DNA from: an uncultured SAR86 cluster bacterium
GTDB lineage: Bacteria > Pseudomonadota > Gammaproteobacteria > Magnimaribacterales > D2472
Direction of reading: 5' to 3'
DNA: 64,000 nt
Assembly (NCBI GenBank): GCA_902605165.1
Contig: CACLBJ010000004.1
Coordinates: 33,874 to 97,873, forward strand
Numbering within the stretch: position 1 is the stretch's first letter; every line of letters begins with the position of its first letter. The notes under the pieces were generated by a model. The model saw only the letters and a program-made list of their open reading frames with translations. It was not told where the DNA came from and did no database searches. The translations under genes were made by a program, and so were the position numbers. Below are positions 49,924 to 59,852 of the stretch, piece by piece.

Positions 49924-50934
49924 ATGAGTGAAAAGCAAATTATGAATAATAATGAAGTTGCGATAGTCGGCGGAGCAGGCTTCGTTGGCTCAAGACTTAA
50001 AGCTCGCTTAAGAAAAAGTAATATTGTTTCTAAAAAATATGATATTGATCTTAGTGATCAATTAGACAAAAGTACCTATCTCAACGTTGAAGATATTGAC
50101 TCGCTTGATCAACTTGCAGGAGCAAGTACGATTATTAATCTTGCTGCAGTTCATCGCGATGATGTTCGCCCATTAAGTCGCTATGATGATGTAAATGTTA
50201 AAGGTGCAAAAAACATATGTGAGGCAGCCAGTAAATATGGTATCCACAAAATTATTTTTACAAGTTCTGTTGCAATTTATGGATTTGCTCCAGCTAATAC
50301 GGACGAATACGGAGAAGCTAATTATTTTAATGATTATGGCCGCACTAAATATTTGGCTGAACAAGTCTATAAGGCATGGCAATCGGAAGATCCTGAAAAC
50401 CGAACTCTCGTTATTGTAAGGCCAACAGTTATATTTGGTGAGGGAAATAGAGGCAATGTTTATAATTTACTTCGTCAAATTGCCTTTAAAAGATTTGTGA
50501 TGTTTGGTGATGGTACAAATAGAAAATCAATGGCCTATGTTGAAAATGTGGCTTCTTTTCTTGAGTATAGCTTGTCATTTAATCCAGGCCTCCATATCTT
50601 CAACTATATTGATAAGCCTGATTTTGATATGAACACATTGATTTCAAATGCAAGAAAGATCCTATTCGACAAAAATAATATTGGATTAAGGCTTCCCGGC
50701 TTTATTGGGATAGCCCTGGGTTATATAGCTGACTTTGTGGCAATTATAATTCGTAAACCTCTTCCTGTTAGTAGTATTCGAGTTAAGAAGTTTATGAGCA
50801 CCACTCAGTTTACATCCTCTCTTAGCAATACTAACTTTGTTCCTCCCGTTAGTCTTGAGGATGGTTTATCCCGAACAATTTGCTATGAGTTTATGGAAGA
50901 CAATTCAGGTAAACGTACTTTCGAAACCGAATAG
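49924..50934 (+). CDS. gnu: GlcNAc-PP-undecaprenol 4-epimerase-like NAD-dependent epimerase
   Basis: LAAVHRDDV, FTSSVAIYG, RPTVIFGEGNRGNVYNLLRQI and NRKSMAYVENV closely follow the Gnu pattern. Confidence 0.8.
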   Translation: MSEKQIMNNNEVAIVGGAGFVGSRLKARLRKSNIVSKKYDIDLSDQLDKSTYLNVEDIDSLDQLAGASTIINLAAVHRDDVRPLSRYDDVNVKGAKNICEAASKYGIHKIIFTSSVAIYGFAPANTDEYGEANYFNDYGRTKYLAEQVYKAWQSEDPENRTLVIVRPTVIFGEGNRGNVYNLLRQIAFKRFVMFGDGTNRKSMAYVENVASFLEYSLSFNPGLHIFNYIDKPDFDMNTLISNARKILFDKNNIGLRLPGFIGIALGYIADFVAIIIRKPLPVSSIRVKKFMSTTQFTSSLSNTNFVPPVSLEDGLSRTICYEFMEDNSGKRTFETE

Positions 50935-51027
50935 TTAAATTCTTTTTTGGAACATTTTTTTACGGATTTTGTTCTCAAAGTTTTTGATTGAAAGAAAGAC
51001 ATATATAATTAAAAAAATTTTAAACCA

Positions 51028-51624
51028 ATGATTGAATTTAATAACATTAATCAAGAACCACCTTATCTGCTTTTCAAAAAAAAATATGACGAAGCTATTG
51101 ATGCAGGTCAAAAAGCCATTGAAGCTATTTCAATTTCATCTTATAACAAAGAAATGCAAGAGGTTGATTCAAGATATGTAAACCTCAAATTCGTTAATAA
51201 CAATGAATTCATTTTTTTTACCAATTATAATTCCCCGAAGTCAATTGCATTTATTTCTCATAATCAGATCAGCGCCTTAATTTATTGGTCATCAATAAAT
51301 GTTCAAATAAGAATGAAGGCGAGAATTCAAAAAACTTCAGACGAATATAATCAAGAGTACTTTAAACATAGATCTACAGATAAAAATGCTTTGGCTATAA
51401 GTTCAAATCAGTCATCGCCAATACCATCATTTGATCAAGTTATAAAAAAATATAACAAAATTAAAAAAGATAGAGATTTAAAAATATGTCCACAATACTG
51501 GGGCGGATTCTCATTTAGCCCTTTTGAGATAGAATTTTGGGAGGGTAATGCTTCTAGGCTTAACAAAAGAGATTTTTATAAGCTTAATGACAACATTTGG
51601 CATCACAGCATACTCGAACCATAA
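51028..51624 (+). CDS. pdxH: Pyridoxamine 5'-phosphate oxidase
   Basis: SRYVNLK, FFTNYNSPK, QIR, SNQSS, WGGF, IEFWEG..RL. Confidence 0.9.
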   Translation: MIEFNNINQEPPYLLFKKKYDEAIDAGQKAIEAISISSYNKEMQEVDSRYVNLKFVNNNEFIFFTNYNSPKSIAFISHNQISALIYWSSINVQIRMKARIQKTSDEYNQEYFKHRSTDKNALAISSNQSSPIPSFDQVIKKYNKIKKDRDLKICPQYWGGFSFSPFEIEFWEGNASRLNKRDFYKLNDNIWHHSILEP

Positions 51625-51726
51625 AATTGTTTAAAATAAGTACAATTTGTTATAGAATCCGGAACTTATATGGTGAAAAATTATTATAGACAACAGTCCT
51701 TCTTAGCTTATTAAAGGTAATTAATC

Positions 51727-52260
51727 ATAGTTTCCAAGAAAAAAAATTCTGTTCCTCTCAATGAAAGGATATCCGCTGATAAGGTTATGCTAATAAATAC
51801 TGATGGAGAAAAATTAGGATCTTTTGGCCTTGAAGAAGCATTGAATTTGGCTCAAAAGGATAATCTTGATTTAGTACAAGTTTCACCTAGTGGCTCGGAA
51901 ACAGTTGTATGCAAGATTATGGATTATGGAAAACATATTTTTGCAAAGAAAAAGAGTAGCTCGTCATCCAAATCAAAAGTCAAACGAAGGTCTGTAAAAG
52001 AAATTAAGTTTAGGCCATCAACAGATGTTGGTGATTACAATATTAAATTAAAAAAGATTAAAAGCTTTATTCTTGGTGGAGATAAGACTAAAATAAGCGT
52101 CCGATTTAGAGGAAGGGAGATCCTAAATAGTGATCTTGGTTTAGAGTTACTAAATAAACTCAAAGAAGAGTTGATTGATATTGCTCAAGTAGATCAAGAA
52201 GCCTCTCTAGAAGGAAGGCAACTTCTCATGGTTCTTTCACCTCTAAAGAAGAATAACTAG
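51727..52260 (+). CDS. infC: Translation initiation factor IF-3 (non-AUG start)
   Basis: LDLVQVSP, CKIMDYGK, KEIKFRP, RFRGRE. The frame stays open upstream of ATG 51787 through LNERI to ATC 51724/ATA 51727, bounded by in-frame TAA at 51718. Confidence 0.93.
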   Translation: MVSKKKNSVPLNERISADKVMLINTDGEKLGSFGLEEALNLAQKDNLDLVQVSPSGSETVVCKIMDYGKHIFAKKKSSSSSKSKVKRRSVKEIKFRPSTDVGDYNIKLKKIKSFILGGDKTKISVRFRGREILNSDLGLELLNKLKEELIDIAQVDQEASLEGRQLLMVLSPLKKNN

Positions 52261-52278
52261 ATTTTTTTGGTATTTAAG

Positions 52279-52473
52279 ATGGGATACAAATTAAAAACAC
52301 ATTCTGGAGCTTCAAAGCGTTTTAAAAAGACTGGTTCATCTGTTAAAAGCAGAGGGGCTAATAGGAATCATATATTATCAAAACAATCTACTAAAAGAAA
52401 AAGACATAATAGAGGATTAAATAAACTTGAAGGCATAATGCTAAAAATGGCTTCAAGACTCATTAATAAGTAA
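52279..52473 (+). CDS. rpmI: 50S ribosomal protein L35
   Basis: [27 protein letters not shown] at 52279. Confidence 0.95.
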   Translation: MGYKLKTHSGASKRFKKTGSSVKSRGANRNHILSKQSTKRKRHNRGLNKLEGIMLKMASRLINK

Positions 52474-52474
52474 T

Positions 52475-52822
52475 ATGCCAAGAGTAACAAAAGCAAAAAC
52501 AGCTAAAGCAAAACATAAAAAAGTTCTTGCCTCTACAAAAGGTCACTATGGTGCAAGGAGTAGACTGTACAAGACCGCAAAACAATCTAATATCAAATCA
52601 ATGCAATATGCTTTTAGAGATAGAAAAAATAAAAAAAGGTCTTTCAGATCCTTATGGATTTCAAGAATCAATGCTGCTTCCAGAGAACTAGGCATTTCGT
52701 ACTCAAAACTTATTAATGGGCTAATAAAAAAGAATATTATTATCGATAGAAAAATATTATCTGACTTAGCCATTAACGACGCATCTACTTTTGAGAAAAT
52801 TGCTAAAACTGCTGTAAAATAG
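52475..52822 (+). CDS. rplT: 50S ribosomal protein L20
   Basis: [37 protein letters not shown]. Confidence 0.97.
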   Translation: MPRVTKAKTAKAKHKKVLASTKGHYGARSRLYKTAKQSNIKSMQYAFRDRKNKKRSFRSLWISRINAASRELGISYSKLINGLIKKNIIIDRKILSDLAINDASTFEKIAKTAVK

Positions 52823-52828
52823 AGCTCA

Positions 52829-53554
52829 ATGTCTAATATGGACAAAATAGAGCCACCTTTAATCAAAAAGAGTTTGGGCTCCCTTCATCCAATCAGTCAA
52901 ACAAAAGATTTTCTTTTAAAGCTTTTGTCAGAAATTGGTTTCAAAGAAATACATGGTCCAGAAATAGAAAGTGAGAAGTTTAATTTTGATATGCTTAATA
53001 TTAAAAAGTCTCATCCAGCGCGACAAATGCATGATACTTTTTATGTTGAAAATAAAAGCAGTGTATTAAGGACTCATACTTCTCCAGTCCAGATTAGAGG
53101 TATGCTTAATACCAAGCCACCATTAGCATTTACTTCCGCCGGAAAGGTTTATAGAAAAGATGATGATGCAACTCATCTTCCTATGTTTCATCAGGTAGAA
53201 GGAATTTATGTTGATGAAAATGTTACTTTTGCTAACCTTAAAGATCTTATTCATCAAATCCTTCATAATTTATTTGGAAAAGATATTGAGATTAGATTCC
53301 GTCCATCTTATTTTCCTTTTACAGAGCCATCCGCTGAGGTAGATATTTTATCTGATAATGGAAAATGGCTTGAAATTCTTGGCTGCGGCATTGTTCATCC
53401 AAAAGTCTTAAAAAACTGTAACATTGATGCAAAAAAATATAGTGGGCTGGCTTTTGGTCTTGGCGTTGAAAGAATAGCTATGCTTAAATATGGAGTAAAT
53501 GATATAAGAGATTTTTATAAATCAAATTTAGATTTCTTGGGCCAATTTAAATGA
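52829..53554 (+). CDS. pheS: Phenylalanine--tRNA ligase alpha subunit (N-terminally truncated)
   Basis: GSLHP, NFDML, HPARQMHDTFY, LRTHTSPVQ, FHQVEG, YFPFTEPS, AFGLGVERIAM. Confidence 0.96.
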   Translation: MSNMDKIEPPLIKKSLGSLHPISQTKDFLLKLLSEIGFKEIHGPEIESEKFNFDMLNIKKSHPARQMHDTFYVENKSSVLRTHTSPVQIRGMLNTKPPLAFTSAGKVYRKDDDATHLPMFHQVEGIYVDENVTFANLKDLIHQILHNLFGKDIEIRFRPSYFPFTEPSAEVDILSDNGKWLEILGCGIVHPKVLKNCNIDAKKYSGLAFGLGVERIAMLKYGVNDIRDFYKSNLDFLGQFK

Positions 53555-55452
53555 AGTTCATATATCAAGATTTATTAAACTTCCTATCTGAAGAACCATC
53601 TATAGAAGTCTTATCAGATAAACTTTTTCAACTTGGTCATGAGCATGAGATTGATGACAATGTGTTCCTAATGGAATTTACTCCAAATCGAGGAGACTGT
53701 TTGTCATTAAGTGGATTAGCGCGAGACCTTAATATATTTTTTGGAAAAGAAGAACCCTTCAAAGTCTTTGAGGGAGATATAGATCCTCTTAACTTAAATT
53801 TTAAAAATCTATCTACTCAAGCTTGTCCAAAAATTAGTTTTTTGGAGATAGAGATTGAAAAAATCCCTAACACATATGAACCCTTCCTCGAAAACCACTT
53901 TTCCATGAGTAGCAATAAAAAAACAAATTTTTTTACAGATGTTTCTAATTATATTTCTTATGAATTGGGTCAGCCTACTCATTGTTTTGATGCAGATACT
54001 ATCAGTAATGAATTAGTTTTTGAAAATAGGATTTGCGATGAGTCTTTCAAATCTCTTCTTGGGCATAATATCAATCTTTCTGGCAAAAATAGTATTTTTT
54101 CTTTAGACAATAAAATTATTAGTCTTGCAGGAGTAATGGGGGGAATGTCTACAGCTTGCACAACAAAAACAAAAAAAGTACTGGTTGAGTGCGCTTTTTT
54201 TGAACCTGAGGCAATTATTGGAAAAAGTGTTAAATATAATCTTACTTCTGATGCAGCGCATAAATTTGAAAGAGGTGTTGATATTGAAGCACAAGAAAAA
54301 GTTCTCAGAAGATTTATTCAAATAGTAAAAGACCATACTGAAATTAAAAGTATTAAAATTCAAACATTTGAAGATATTCAATCTCAGAAAGTTCGTATCC
54401 CAGTTGACGTGGAAGGAATTAAAAGAATCTTAGGAATAGATCTAGAAGAAAGAGAATATCTGACATATTTGAGTAAGCTAGGTTTTACTATTGAAAAAGA
54501 AATTATAGTTCCATCTCATAGGCATGATGTTATGTCACAAAATGATTTAGCTGAAGAAATTGCAAGAATTATTGGCTATAACAACATAGAAAGTAATTTT
54601 CTAGAAATCAAAAAAATGGCAGATGAATGTTTGGACAATAGTAACAGACTAAAAAATTATCTAATTAAAAATGGTTTCTCTGAGGTCATTAATTTTCCAT
54701 TTACAGAAAATAAAAAGGAGAAATCTATTTCTATTGATAATCCATTGGACTCAAACAGGAGTCACCTAAGAACCTGCTTGAAAGATTCATTATTAGATAA
54801 CCTTCTTTATAACGAAAGAAGACAAAAAGATTCAATAAAATTATTTGAAATTAGTGACATTTATTCTAATGATAATAAAATTAATTATGAAAAAAAACTA
54901 GGGATTGTGATAAGCGGGAGGAGAGGACACAATTATCTAGATTTTTCTAAGAAACTAGACAATGATTACCTGAGTGAACTATTAAATTATCATTCAGATA
55001 TACCAGACTTCAACATTGAAGAAATTCATAGATCAGAGCTAAAAACTAAAAAGAAAGACAGAATTTTTTATGTAGAAATATTAATTGATCAATTACCTGA
55101 CCATATATTCGAAGACTCAGAGCCGCACTTTGATCAAATTAATTTTATTAAATATCAACCTGTTTCTGAATTTCCATCTAGCACCAGAGATTTTTCCTTC
55201 TCAATTGAAGATTTTAATAAATATGATGCTTTAATTGAATATTTGACAGATTTAAGCGATAAAAATCTCAAGGATGCATTTATTTTTGATTTTTATAAAA
55301 ATCAAAAACTTAATGAGATTAAGGTTGGTATAAGATTAATATTTCAATCATCTTTAACTACTTTATCTGATGAAGAAATCCAAAAGAGTGTTAACAAGCT
55401 CTTAAAACCGATTATGGATTTAGGTGGCGTTTCTATCCCTGGATTAGATTAA
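53551..55452 (+). CDS. pheT: Phenylalanine--tRNA ligase beta subunit (lacking B2)
   Basis: TPNRGDCLS, ELGQPTHCFD, FERGVD, VPSHRHD..DLAEEIARIIGY, NPL and a C-terminal FPSSTRDFSF anticodon-binding domain. Confidence 0.94.
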   Translation: MKFIYQDLLNFLSEEPSIEVLSDKLFQLGHEHEIDDNVFLMEFTPNRGDCLSLSGLARDLNIFFGKEEPFKVFEGDIDPLNLNFKNLSTQACPKISFLEIEIEKIPNTYEPFLENHFSMSSNKKTNFFTDVSNYISYELGQPTHCFDADTISNELVFENRICDESFKSLLGHNINLSGKNSIFSLDNKIISLAGVMGGMSTACTTKTKKVLVECAFFEPEAIIGKSVKYNLTSDAAHKFERGVDIEAQEKVLRRFIQIVKDHTEIKSIKIQTFEDIQSQKVRIPVDVEGIKRILGIDLEEREYLTYLSKLGFTIEKEIIVPSHRHDVMSQNDLAEEIARIIGYNNIESNFLEIKKMADECLDNSNRLKNYLIKNGFSEVINFPFTENKKEKSISIDNPLDSNRSHLRTCLKDSLLDNLLYNERRQKDSIKLFEISDIYSNDNKINYEKKLGIVISGRRGHNYLDFSKKLDNDYLSELLNYHSDIPDFNIEEIHRSELKTKKKDRIFYVEILIDQLPDHIFEDSEPHFDQINFIKYQPVSEFPSSTRDFSFSIEDFNKYDALIEYLTDLSDKNLKDAFIFDFYKNQKLNEIKVGIRLIFQSSLTTLSDEEIQKSVNKLLKPIMDLGGVSIPGLD

Positions 55453-55522
55453 TAAAAATTTATAAATCGTAATTACTATATTTAAAAAATAAATGTAAAA
55501 TATTTAAGGGGACCTTTCTTTT

Positions 55523-57796
55523 ATGAAAAAAAATATCAAATATCTTTTTATAGCTCTATTAACTTTATCTTTTGATAGTTATACCCAGGCTATAGACCCC
55601 TCAATTTTATCTCAACTTAGCCCTGAGCAAATTGAGATTGCAAAAGAAGTATATGCTGGCAAAAACTCTACTGACATCTTAGTTGAAGAGTTACCAGTTT
55701 TAGATGAGTCTTTAACAGTTAGAGACTCTGTTGAGGATTCAAATAAAATTCCTGGTAAAAAATATGGCTATGATTTCTTTTCATTAACCCCGACATCCCT
55801 GAGTGCAGTTGGAGATCTTCCTCTGCCCAACGATTATAAAATCTCTCTAAGAGATCAATTTACTGTAATTTTATCAGGCTCAAAAGATGCAATATTCAAC
55901 TTAAATGTAAAGCTTGATGGGACAATTTTATTTCCTGAGCTCGGAGCTATTTCTGTTGCTGGATTAAGCTTACAAGAAGTTAAAGATAAACTATCAATTT
56001 TAATTGAACAATCATATATTGGTGTAAATATTGACATATCAATACAGAACTTAAGCGCCAAAAAAATTACAATAGTTGGCGCAGTAAAAACTCCAGGAAC
56101 CTATCTTATAAATCCCTTTAGTACTATAACTGGAGCATTAGCATACTCAGGAGGAATCTCTGAAATAGGTTCTCTAAGAGATATTAAATTAATAAGAAAA
56201 AATAAAGAATCTTACTCATTTGATTTATATGATTTACTAATTAGAGGGGATAGATCTAAAGACCTTACCATTGAGGCTGGTGATACTTTATTAGTTAATG
56301 CAGCCTCTCAGTTTGTTGATATTAGTGGTGAAGTAAAGCGGCCAGCTGTATATGAAATCAAAGAAGGTGAAACTTTGGAAGATGCAATAGACTTTGCACT
56401 TGGCTTTAACCGAATAGCAAATAAATCAAATATATCTGTTTCATTTTTAGATTTGAAAGAGGGTTCGATAGTTAAAAAAAATATTAATAACCTTGATCAT
56501 AGTCTTCAAAATGCATTGGCTATACAAGTCTTTAATTATGTAAGCGAAGACAATTCTGATATTCAAGTAATTGGTGCAGTTGAACAGCCAGGCTTTTATG
56601 ACCTTAAAAAATATAAGAATCTAGAGGACTTAATTGCTAACTTAAAATTCGTTGATGTTTATCCATGGTTAGGTGTTTTGGAGCAATTTGATGAAGATAG
56701 ATTACTTAAATCAACTGTCTTGTTTAGCTTAAATGACCCAAGCACATATAAAGACATAGAATTAATGACTAACTCCAAAGTTTATTTTGCAGATATTTAC
56801 AATAGATCAATTGCAGCAAGTAGTGAAAGAACAAATTCTTTGATTTCTGACTATCAATTATTAATAAATCATAAACAAGGAAGTTTTAGAATGCCTGTTT
56901 ACGGTAAATTCAATGTATCATCGTTTGTGGATTTGCTAGGTTTAGACATGAGCGATGTTGACAACAAAGCTACATACATAAGCCCGCTTGAAGATATTGT
57001 AATAAATGATAATTATAAAAATATGCAATTCAATGCACAAAAATATCATACTATTTCCTTTAAATCGCCTGCGAATAATCTTATTTCAGTTCAAATTACT
57101 GGAGCAGTAGAGTTTCCGGGTACATATGTGCTTAATAATAATTCCACTATTCAAGATTTATACCAATTAGTTGGTGAATTTAAATCACAAGCCTACCTTA
57201 AGGGTATAAGCTTAACTAGAGAAGTCATAAGGCAAAGACAACTCAAATCAATACAAATTTCTAGAGACAGTTTAAATAAAGCAATGTTAATGAGCGTACA
57301 AAAAGGAGAAAACATTGGTGACATAGGTCTCATTCAAGGACTTTCTGAAACAATTGATCCTGATAATCTGGGAAGATTAGCAGGTGATTTTTCTCCTGAT
57401 TCTCCAAGCTCATTAGATACAATGTTGTTTAACGGGGATACAATTTTTGTTCCCAAGAATCCAAATTCGGTAATTATTATTGGTGAAGTCCTTAATCCTG
57501 TTGCTATTAAACACACAAAAAAAATGACCTTGCAATCTGCAATCAATGGAGCAGGGGGCTTTCAAGAATATGCAGATAAAAGAAAGGTATATGTTATAAA
57601 GGCAAATGGCGTAGTTCAAAAAAGTAGTAAAAACATTTTTGTTCAAAATTTTAATTTAGAACCTGGAGATACGATAGTGGTTCCTAGGAAAATCATTAGT
57701 CAAAATCCTGCTATACAAGCACTAGTTCCTTATACAAATATTTTGTCTGATTTAGCATTTTCTGCAGCCGCTCTGGATAATTTGTCTAGTAATTAA
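55523..57796 (+). CDS. Polysaccharide export protein, multi-SLBB (KpsD/WbfF/Wza-like OPX)
   Basis: Signal peptide, YGYDFF, Poly_export DGTILFPELGAISVAGL, repeated G.V..PG.Y SLBB units, LEPGDTIVVP. Confidence 0.88.
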   Translation: MKKNIKYLFIALLTLSFDSYTQAIDPSILSQLSPEQIEIAKEVYAGKNSTDILVEELPVLDESLTVRDSVEDSNKIPGKKYGYDFFSLTPTSLSAVGDLPLPNDYKISLRDQFTVILSGSKDAIFNLNVKLDGTILFPELGAISVAGLSLQEVKDKLSILIEQSYIGVNIDISIQNLSAKKITIVGAVKTPGTYLINPFSTITGALAYSGGISEIGSLRDIKLIRKNKESYSFDLYDLLIRGDRSKDLTIEAGDTLLVNAASQFVDISGEVKRPAVYEIKEGETLEDAIDFALGFNRIANKSNISVSFLDLKEGSIVKKNINNLDHSLQNALAIQVFNYVSEDNSDIQVIGAVEQPGFYDLKKYKNLEDLIANLKFVDVYPWLGVLEQFDEDRLLKSTVLFSLNDPSTYKDIELMTNSKVYFADIYNRSIAASSERTNSLISDYQLLINHKQGSFRMPVYGKFNVSSFVDLLGLDMSDVDNKATYISPLEDIVINDNYKNMQFNAQKYHTISFKSPANNLISVQITGAVEFPGTYVLNNNSTIQDLYQLVGEFKSQAYLKGISLTREVIRQRQLKSIQISRDSLNKAMLMSVQKGENIGDIGLIQGLSETIDPDNLGRLAGDFSPDSPSSLDTMLFNGDTIFVPKNPNSVIIIGEVLNPVAIKHTKKMTLQSAINGAGGFQEYADKRKVYVIKANGVVQKSSKNIFVQNFNLEPGDTIVVPRKIISQNPAIQALVPYTNILSDLAFSAAALDNLSSN

Positions 57797-57808
57797 TTTA
57801 AAAACTAG

Positions 57809-59758
57809 ATGAAGAAATATATTTTAATATGTTTACTATCAACTTTTTTTAGTCAATCAACATTTTCAGATAGTTTTACCTATAACTCATATAACAATCA
57901 TGGTGTAATTGGCCTCATAAATATGCCAACAGCGAGATTTTATAATGAAAGTTCTTATGGTGTAATTCTTTATCATGGTGATCCTGATCAGAAGATTACC
58001 CTAACTTCCTCTCCATATGATTGGCTTGAAGCCTCTTTTTTTTATGCAAATATTAAGGATAAACCATATTGCAAGGTTTTCTCAGATCCAGTTTGTGCTC
58101 AAGACTATAAAGATAAGGGATTTAACTTCAAGATTAAATTAAAAGATGAGGGAAAATTACCAGCCCTAGCAATTGGAATAAATGATATTGCTGGAACAGG
58201 CTTATATGGATCAGAATATATTGTTGCAAGTTATGGGATAAAGAATATTGATTTCCATTTCGGTTTGGGGTGGGGAAAACTTAATGGATCAGATTTTAGT
58301 TTTGAAAACCCTTTTGGAAAGATAAGTAAAGAATTCTTTAATAGACCGCCTGAAATCGATGGCGGTGGTCAGTTTGAGGCATCAAGATATTTTTCAGGTG
58401 AAAAAGCCTCACCATTCTTTGGAATTTCCTATGCCCCAAATGATAGATATTTAATTAAATTTGAGCATGATTCAACCCTTACACCAGGTCAAATAGGATA
58501 TGAGCTTCCTGCACAAAGTTATTCATTTGGAATTGATTTTAACTTAACAAAAAATTTTACTATTGGTATCTCAAATGAGAGAGGTAATTCAACGACAGTA
58601 AGATTTTCCTACAAAAATAATCCTAAAGTAAGCAAACCTAGATATATTTACAAACAACCTAAACACAATGATGATGATACTGAATACGTTAAATTCATAA
58701 GAAATTTAAATCAAAATGGGATCGGCGTTGACAGAATTCTTGAGACATCTGACCAAATAGGTATTCAGCTTTCTCAGTTTGTTCATCCAAATTTAGATAT
58801 TATTGATGAGATTATCAGAAAGGCAACTTATGATGCTGGTCTGAAGAAACCTATTAAAAAAGATATAAGGATTGTAGATCTAAAGGCAAAGACTGAATAC
58901 AGCACCTCCTTTGAGAAAAATGCAAAATTGATATATCAAAGGCAAGCTAAGAAGAAATTTAAAACTAAAACTAACCTTGCTTTAAGGCCTTTCTTGGCTT
59001 CAAGAGAAGAATTCTTTAAAGGAGCGCTAATGCTTGAAAACAACACTGAGTATAGCATTTTGGATAACTTTTTCTTTTCATCTAATTTAAAGTATTCCTT
59101 GATTGATAATTTTGATGACCTTAAATATCCACCAGTTGATACCTACCCAGCTCAAGTAAGATCAGATGTTAAGGATTATCTTAAAAATTTTGATAATGGG
59201 TTATTTATTGGAAGAGCTCAACTAGATTATCATTTATCCCCTAGAGAAAATCACCACATTATGTTGTCAGCTGGAATCTTAGAAGAAATGTTCAACGGCG
59301 CAGGATTTGAGTACCTCTATTTCAAACAAGAGTCCAATTATGCAATTGGTATAGAGATATTTGATGTTCAAAAGAGAGATTATGAAATGCGTTTCGGAAC
59401 ACTGGACTACAGGAATACCACAGGCCACATAAATTTTTATTACAGGAATTATAATTATTTACCTTTCGATGCAAAAATTTCTTATGGTGAGTATCTTGCA
59501 GGTGATGAGGGAATAACAATTGATCTTTCAAGATCTTTCCCAAATGGAACAAAATTTGGCATATTTGCCTCTTTTACAGATGTTTCAAGTGATCAGTATG
59601 GAGAGGGAGGATTTGATAAAGGAATATACTTTAATGTTCCTGTCTTTGGCAACCTCATAAATTATTCTTGGAGACCCCTCACCAAAGACCCTGGTGCAAA
59701 ATTGATTAGAAAAAATAGTCTGCATGATCTTTTAGTGAAATTTAGACCAATTAATTAA
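57809..59758 (+). CDS. YjbH/GfcD/WbfB-family outer-membrane protein
   Basis: Signal peptide, GLINMPTAR, PYDWLEAS, YKDKGF, PALAIGINDIAGTG, YLAGDEG, FDKGIYF, WRPLTKDPG. Confidence 0.88.
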   Translation: MKKYILICLLSTFFSQSTFSDSFTYNSYNNHGVIGLINMPTARFYNESSYGVILYHGDPDQKITLTSSPYDWLEASFFYANIKDKPYCKVFSDPVCAQDYKDKGFNFKIKLKDEGKLPALAIGINDIAGTGLYGSEYIVASYGIKNIDFHFGLGWGKLNGSDFSFENPFGKISKEFFNRPPEIDGGGQFEASRYFSGEKASPFFGISYAPNDRYLIKFEHDSTLTPGQIGYELPAQSYSFGIDFNLTKNFTIGISNERGNSTTVRFSYKNNPKVSKPRYIYKQPKHNDDDTEYVKFIRNLNQNGIGVDRILETSDQIGIQLSQFVHPNLDIIDEIIRKATYDAGLKKPIKKDIRIVDLKAKTEYSTSFEKNAKLIYQRQAKKKFKTKTNLALRPFLASREEFFKGALMLENNTEYSILDNFFFSSNLKYSLIDNFDDLKYPPVDTYPAQVRSDVKDYLKNFDNGLFIGRAQLDYHLSPRENHHIMLSAGILEEMFNGAGFEYLYFKQESNYAIGIEIFDVQKRDYEMRFGTLDYRNTTGHINFYYRNYNYLPFDAKISYGEYLAGDEGITIDLSRSFPNGTKFGIFASFTDVSSDQYGEGGFDKGIYFNVPVFGNLINYSWRPLTKDPGAKLIRKNSLHDLLVKFRPIN

Positions 59759-59797
59759 AAGAATATGTTTTTTTTAGATACATTTTAATGAAAAATA

Positions 59798-59826
59798 TTG
59801 TTTTTAAATCAACTTTTATGCATAAT
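59798..59826 (+). promoter_or_regulatory. Candidate sigma70 promoter for the Ig/cadherin gene
   Basis: TTGTTT-N17-CATAAT followed by a purine-rich RBS (AAGAGGA) ahead of ATG 59853. The AT-rich context lowers specificity. Confidence 0.3.
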
Positions 59827-59852
59827 CTTATCTTTAAGAGGAAACTATTTTC

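Larger units (their letters stand above)
24336..50934 (+). other. Wzx/Wzy-dependent surface polysaccharide (O-antigen/capsule) gene cluster; probable replacement-type hypervariable island
   Basis: Co-oriented wzz, nucleotide-sugar genes, neuBCA, wzx, wzy, glycosyltransferases, rml and gnu immediately after tRNA-Leu. No integrase is present. Confidence 0.9.

Noticed and set aside
579-59552. Many 60-120 aa alternative-frame or antisense ORFs in the track
   Set aside because: They overlap well-supported genes and lack recognisable motifs.
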